A stretch of DNA of 64,000 nucleotides, from positions 47,696-111,695 of the forward strand of contig DNVW01000013.1 of NCBI GenBank assembly GCA_003507395.1, in the 5' to 3' direction. The position numbers and the translations under genes were made by a program. Source of the DNA: Clostridiales bacterium. Lineage in GTDB: Bacteria; Bacillota; Clostridia; TANB77; CAG-508. Each line of letters begins with the position of its first letter. Positions within the stretch are counted from its first letter, which is position 1. Positions 62,982 through 64,000 of this stretch are shown piece after piece. The notes under the pieces are model-generated. The model was given only the letters and a program-made list of their open reading frames with translations. It had not been told where the DNA came from and did not search any database.

Positions 62982-64000
62982 ATGAAAATACCATTTTCAA
63001 AAGCTGACATACTATTGCCAGAAAAAGCAGATATGAGTAAATGGGCGGTTATAGCTTGTGATCAATATACATCAGAGCCAGAGTATTGGGAGGATGTAAC
63101 TAAAATTGTAGGAAATAACCCATCAACATTAAGAGTAACATTACCAGAAATATATTTGGAAGAAAGTAATGTAACAGAAAGAATAGAAGAAGTAAACAGA
63201 GAAATGAAAAAATTGCTTGATAATGACTTTTTCAAAACATTAAAGGATAGTTTAATATATGTAGAAAGAACACAAGCAGACGGAAGAATAAGAAAAGGAT
63301 TAATAGGAAAGGTAGATTTAGAGGATTATTCATTTGCAAAAGATTCACAAACACTAATTAGAGCTACAGAGGGAACGGTTTTAGAAAGAATACCACCTAG
63401 AGTAAGAGTAAGAGAAAATGCACCATTAGAATTACCACATATAATGTTATTAATAGATGATGATAAAAAACAAATAATAGAGGAATTAGCAAATAAAGTA
63501 AGTGAAAGTGACAAAGTATATGATACAGACTTAATGAAAAATGGTGGTCATATAAAAGGATATAAACTTAATGATGAGCTTATAGAAAAAGTTTTTGATG
63601 GTATGTCAGAATTAGCAGACAAAGAAGAATTTGAACGAAAATACAATGTTAAAGACAAAGGAGTTTTGCTATTCTCAGTAGGAGATGGAAACCACTCATT
63701 AGCTACAGCAAAAACATGTTACGAAAACTTAAAGAAAACATTACCAAAAGAAGAGTACGAAAATCATCCTGCAAGATATGCATTAGTAGAAGTAGTTAAT
63801 TTACATAGTGAAGCCTTAGATTTTGAACCTATTCACAGAGTTGTATTTGGAGTTAATCCAGAGCACATGATAGAAGAATTTAAAAAATTCTATGAAACAT
63901 CAGAAGAAGGAGAAGGTCAAATAATAGAATATGTATATAAAGGCAAAAAAGGTAAAATTTGTATAAAAAATCCTAAGTCAAATTTAGCAGTAGGAAGCTT
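62982..64000 (+). CDS. DUF1015-family protein (3' end outside the window)
   Basis: MKIPFSKADILLPEKADMSKWAVIACDQYTSEPEYW is a characteristic DUF1015 N-terminus. The frame stays open to the window end. Confidence 0.55.
   Translation, partial: MKIPFSKADILLPEKADMSKWAVIACDQYTSEPEYWEDVTKIVGNNPSTLRVTLPEIYLEESNVTERIEEVNREMKKLLDNDFFKTLKDSLIYVERTQADGRIRKGLIGKVDLEDYSFAKDSQTLIRATEGTVLERIPPRVRVRENAPLELPHIMLLIDDDKKQIIEELANKVSESDKVYDTDLMKNGGHIKGYKLNDELIEKVFDGMSELADKEEFERKYNVKDKGVLLFSVGDGNHSLATAKTCYENLKKTLPKEEYENHPARYALVEVVNLHSEALDFEPIHRVVFGVNPEHMIEEFKKFYETSEEGEGQIIEYVYKGKKGKICIKNPKSNLAVGS

Noticed and set aside
1-64000. Searched for CRISPR arrays, tRNA/rRNA genes, transposase/integrase genes and toxin-antitoxin pairs
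   Set aside because: No regularly spaced direct repeats and no cloverleaf-like GC-rich 75-90-nt islands in the intergenic regions. No DDE, tyrosine or serine recombinase motifs were seen in any ORF.

Overview
This is a very AT-rich (~27% GC) Firmicutes/Clostridia-type chromosomal window, called by eye from protein motifs and the six-frame track; no searches were run. It is mostly housekeeping genes on the + strand: ddl (3' part), yqeK-like HD hydrolase, stand-alone rpoB-rpoC, acpS, tatD, htpX-lemA (-), two HtrA-like proteases, yabE-like, xth, gdpP-rplI-dnaB, tilS, ftsH, a PASTA penicillin-binding protein (-), ksgA, a sortase, trmL, smc, a Ca-type P-type ATPase, an M23 peptidase, rnhB, pdp, trmFO, rpsB-tsf, lspA, rluD and rluB. 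I found no tRNA, rRNA, CRISPR array, transposase or integrase. Six things depart from an ordinary core region. (1) A family of GC-rich palindromic elements built on GGGAC-N-GTCCC cores occurs at three intergenic sites; one copy supplies the stop codon of smc. (2) An independent promoter-RBS-terminator unit between gdpP and rplI encodes a 56-aa acidic two-cysteine peptide and is bracketed by a perfect 13-bp inverted repeat. (3) A 1,444-aa secreted protein carries five DUF11-like modules and a non-canonical sorting signal (SLQTG-TM-KK); the only sortase lies 31 kb away. (4) The PBP gene is split by a 1-nt frameshift near 35,400. (5) The M23 peptidase's membrane anchor is encoded upstream of the first canonical start codon, implying ATA/ATT initiation. 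(6) Conserved Firmicutes synteny is broken at several points: rpoBC sits without rplL or rpsL, tilS-ftsH lacks hpt, and rpsB-tsf lacks pyrH-frr. The window ends with a Replic_Relax-like gene and a DUF1015 gene.
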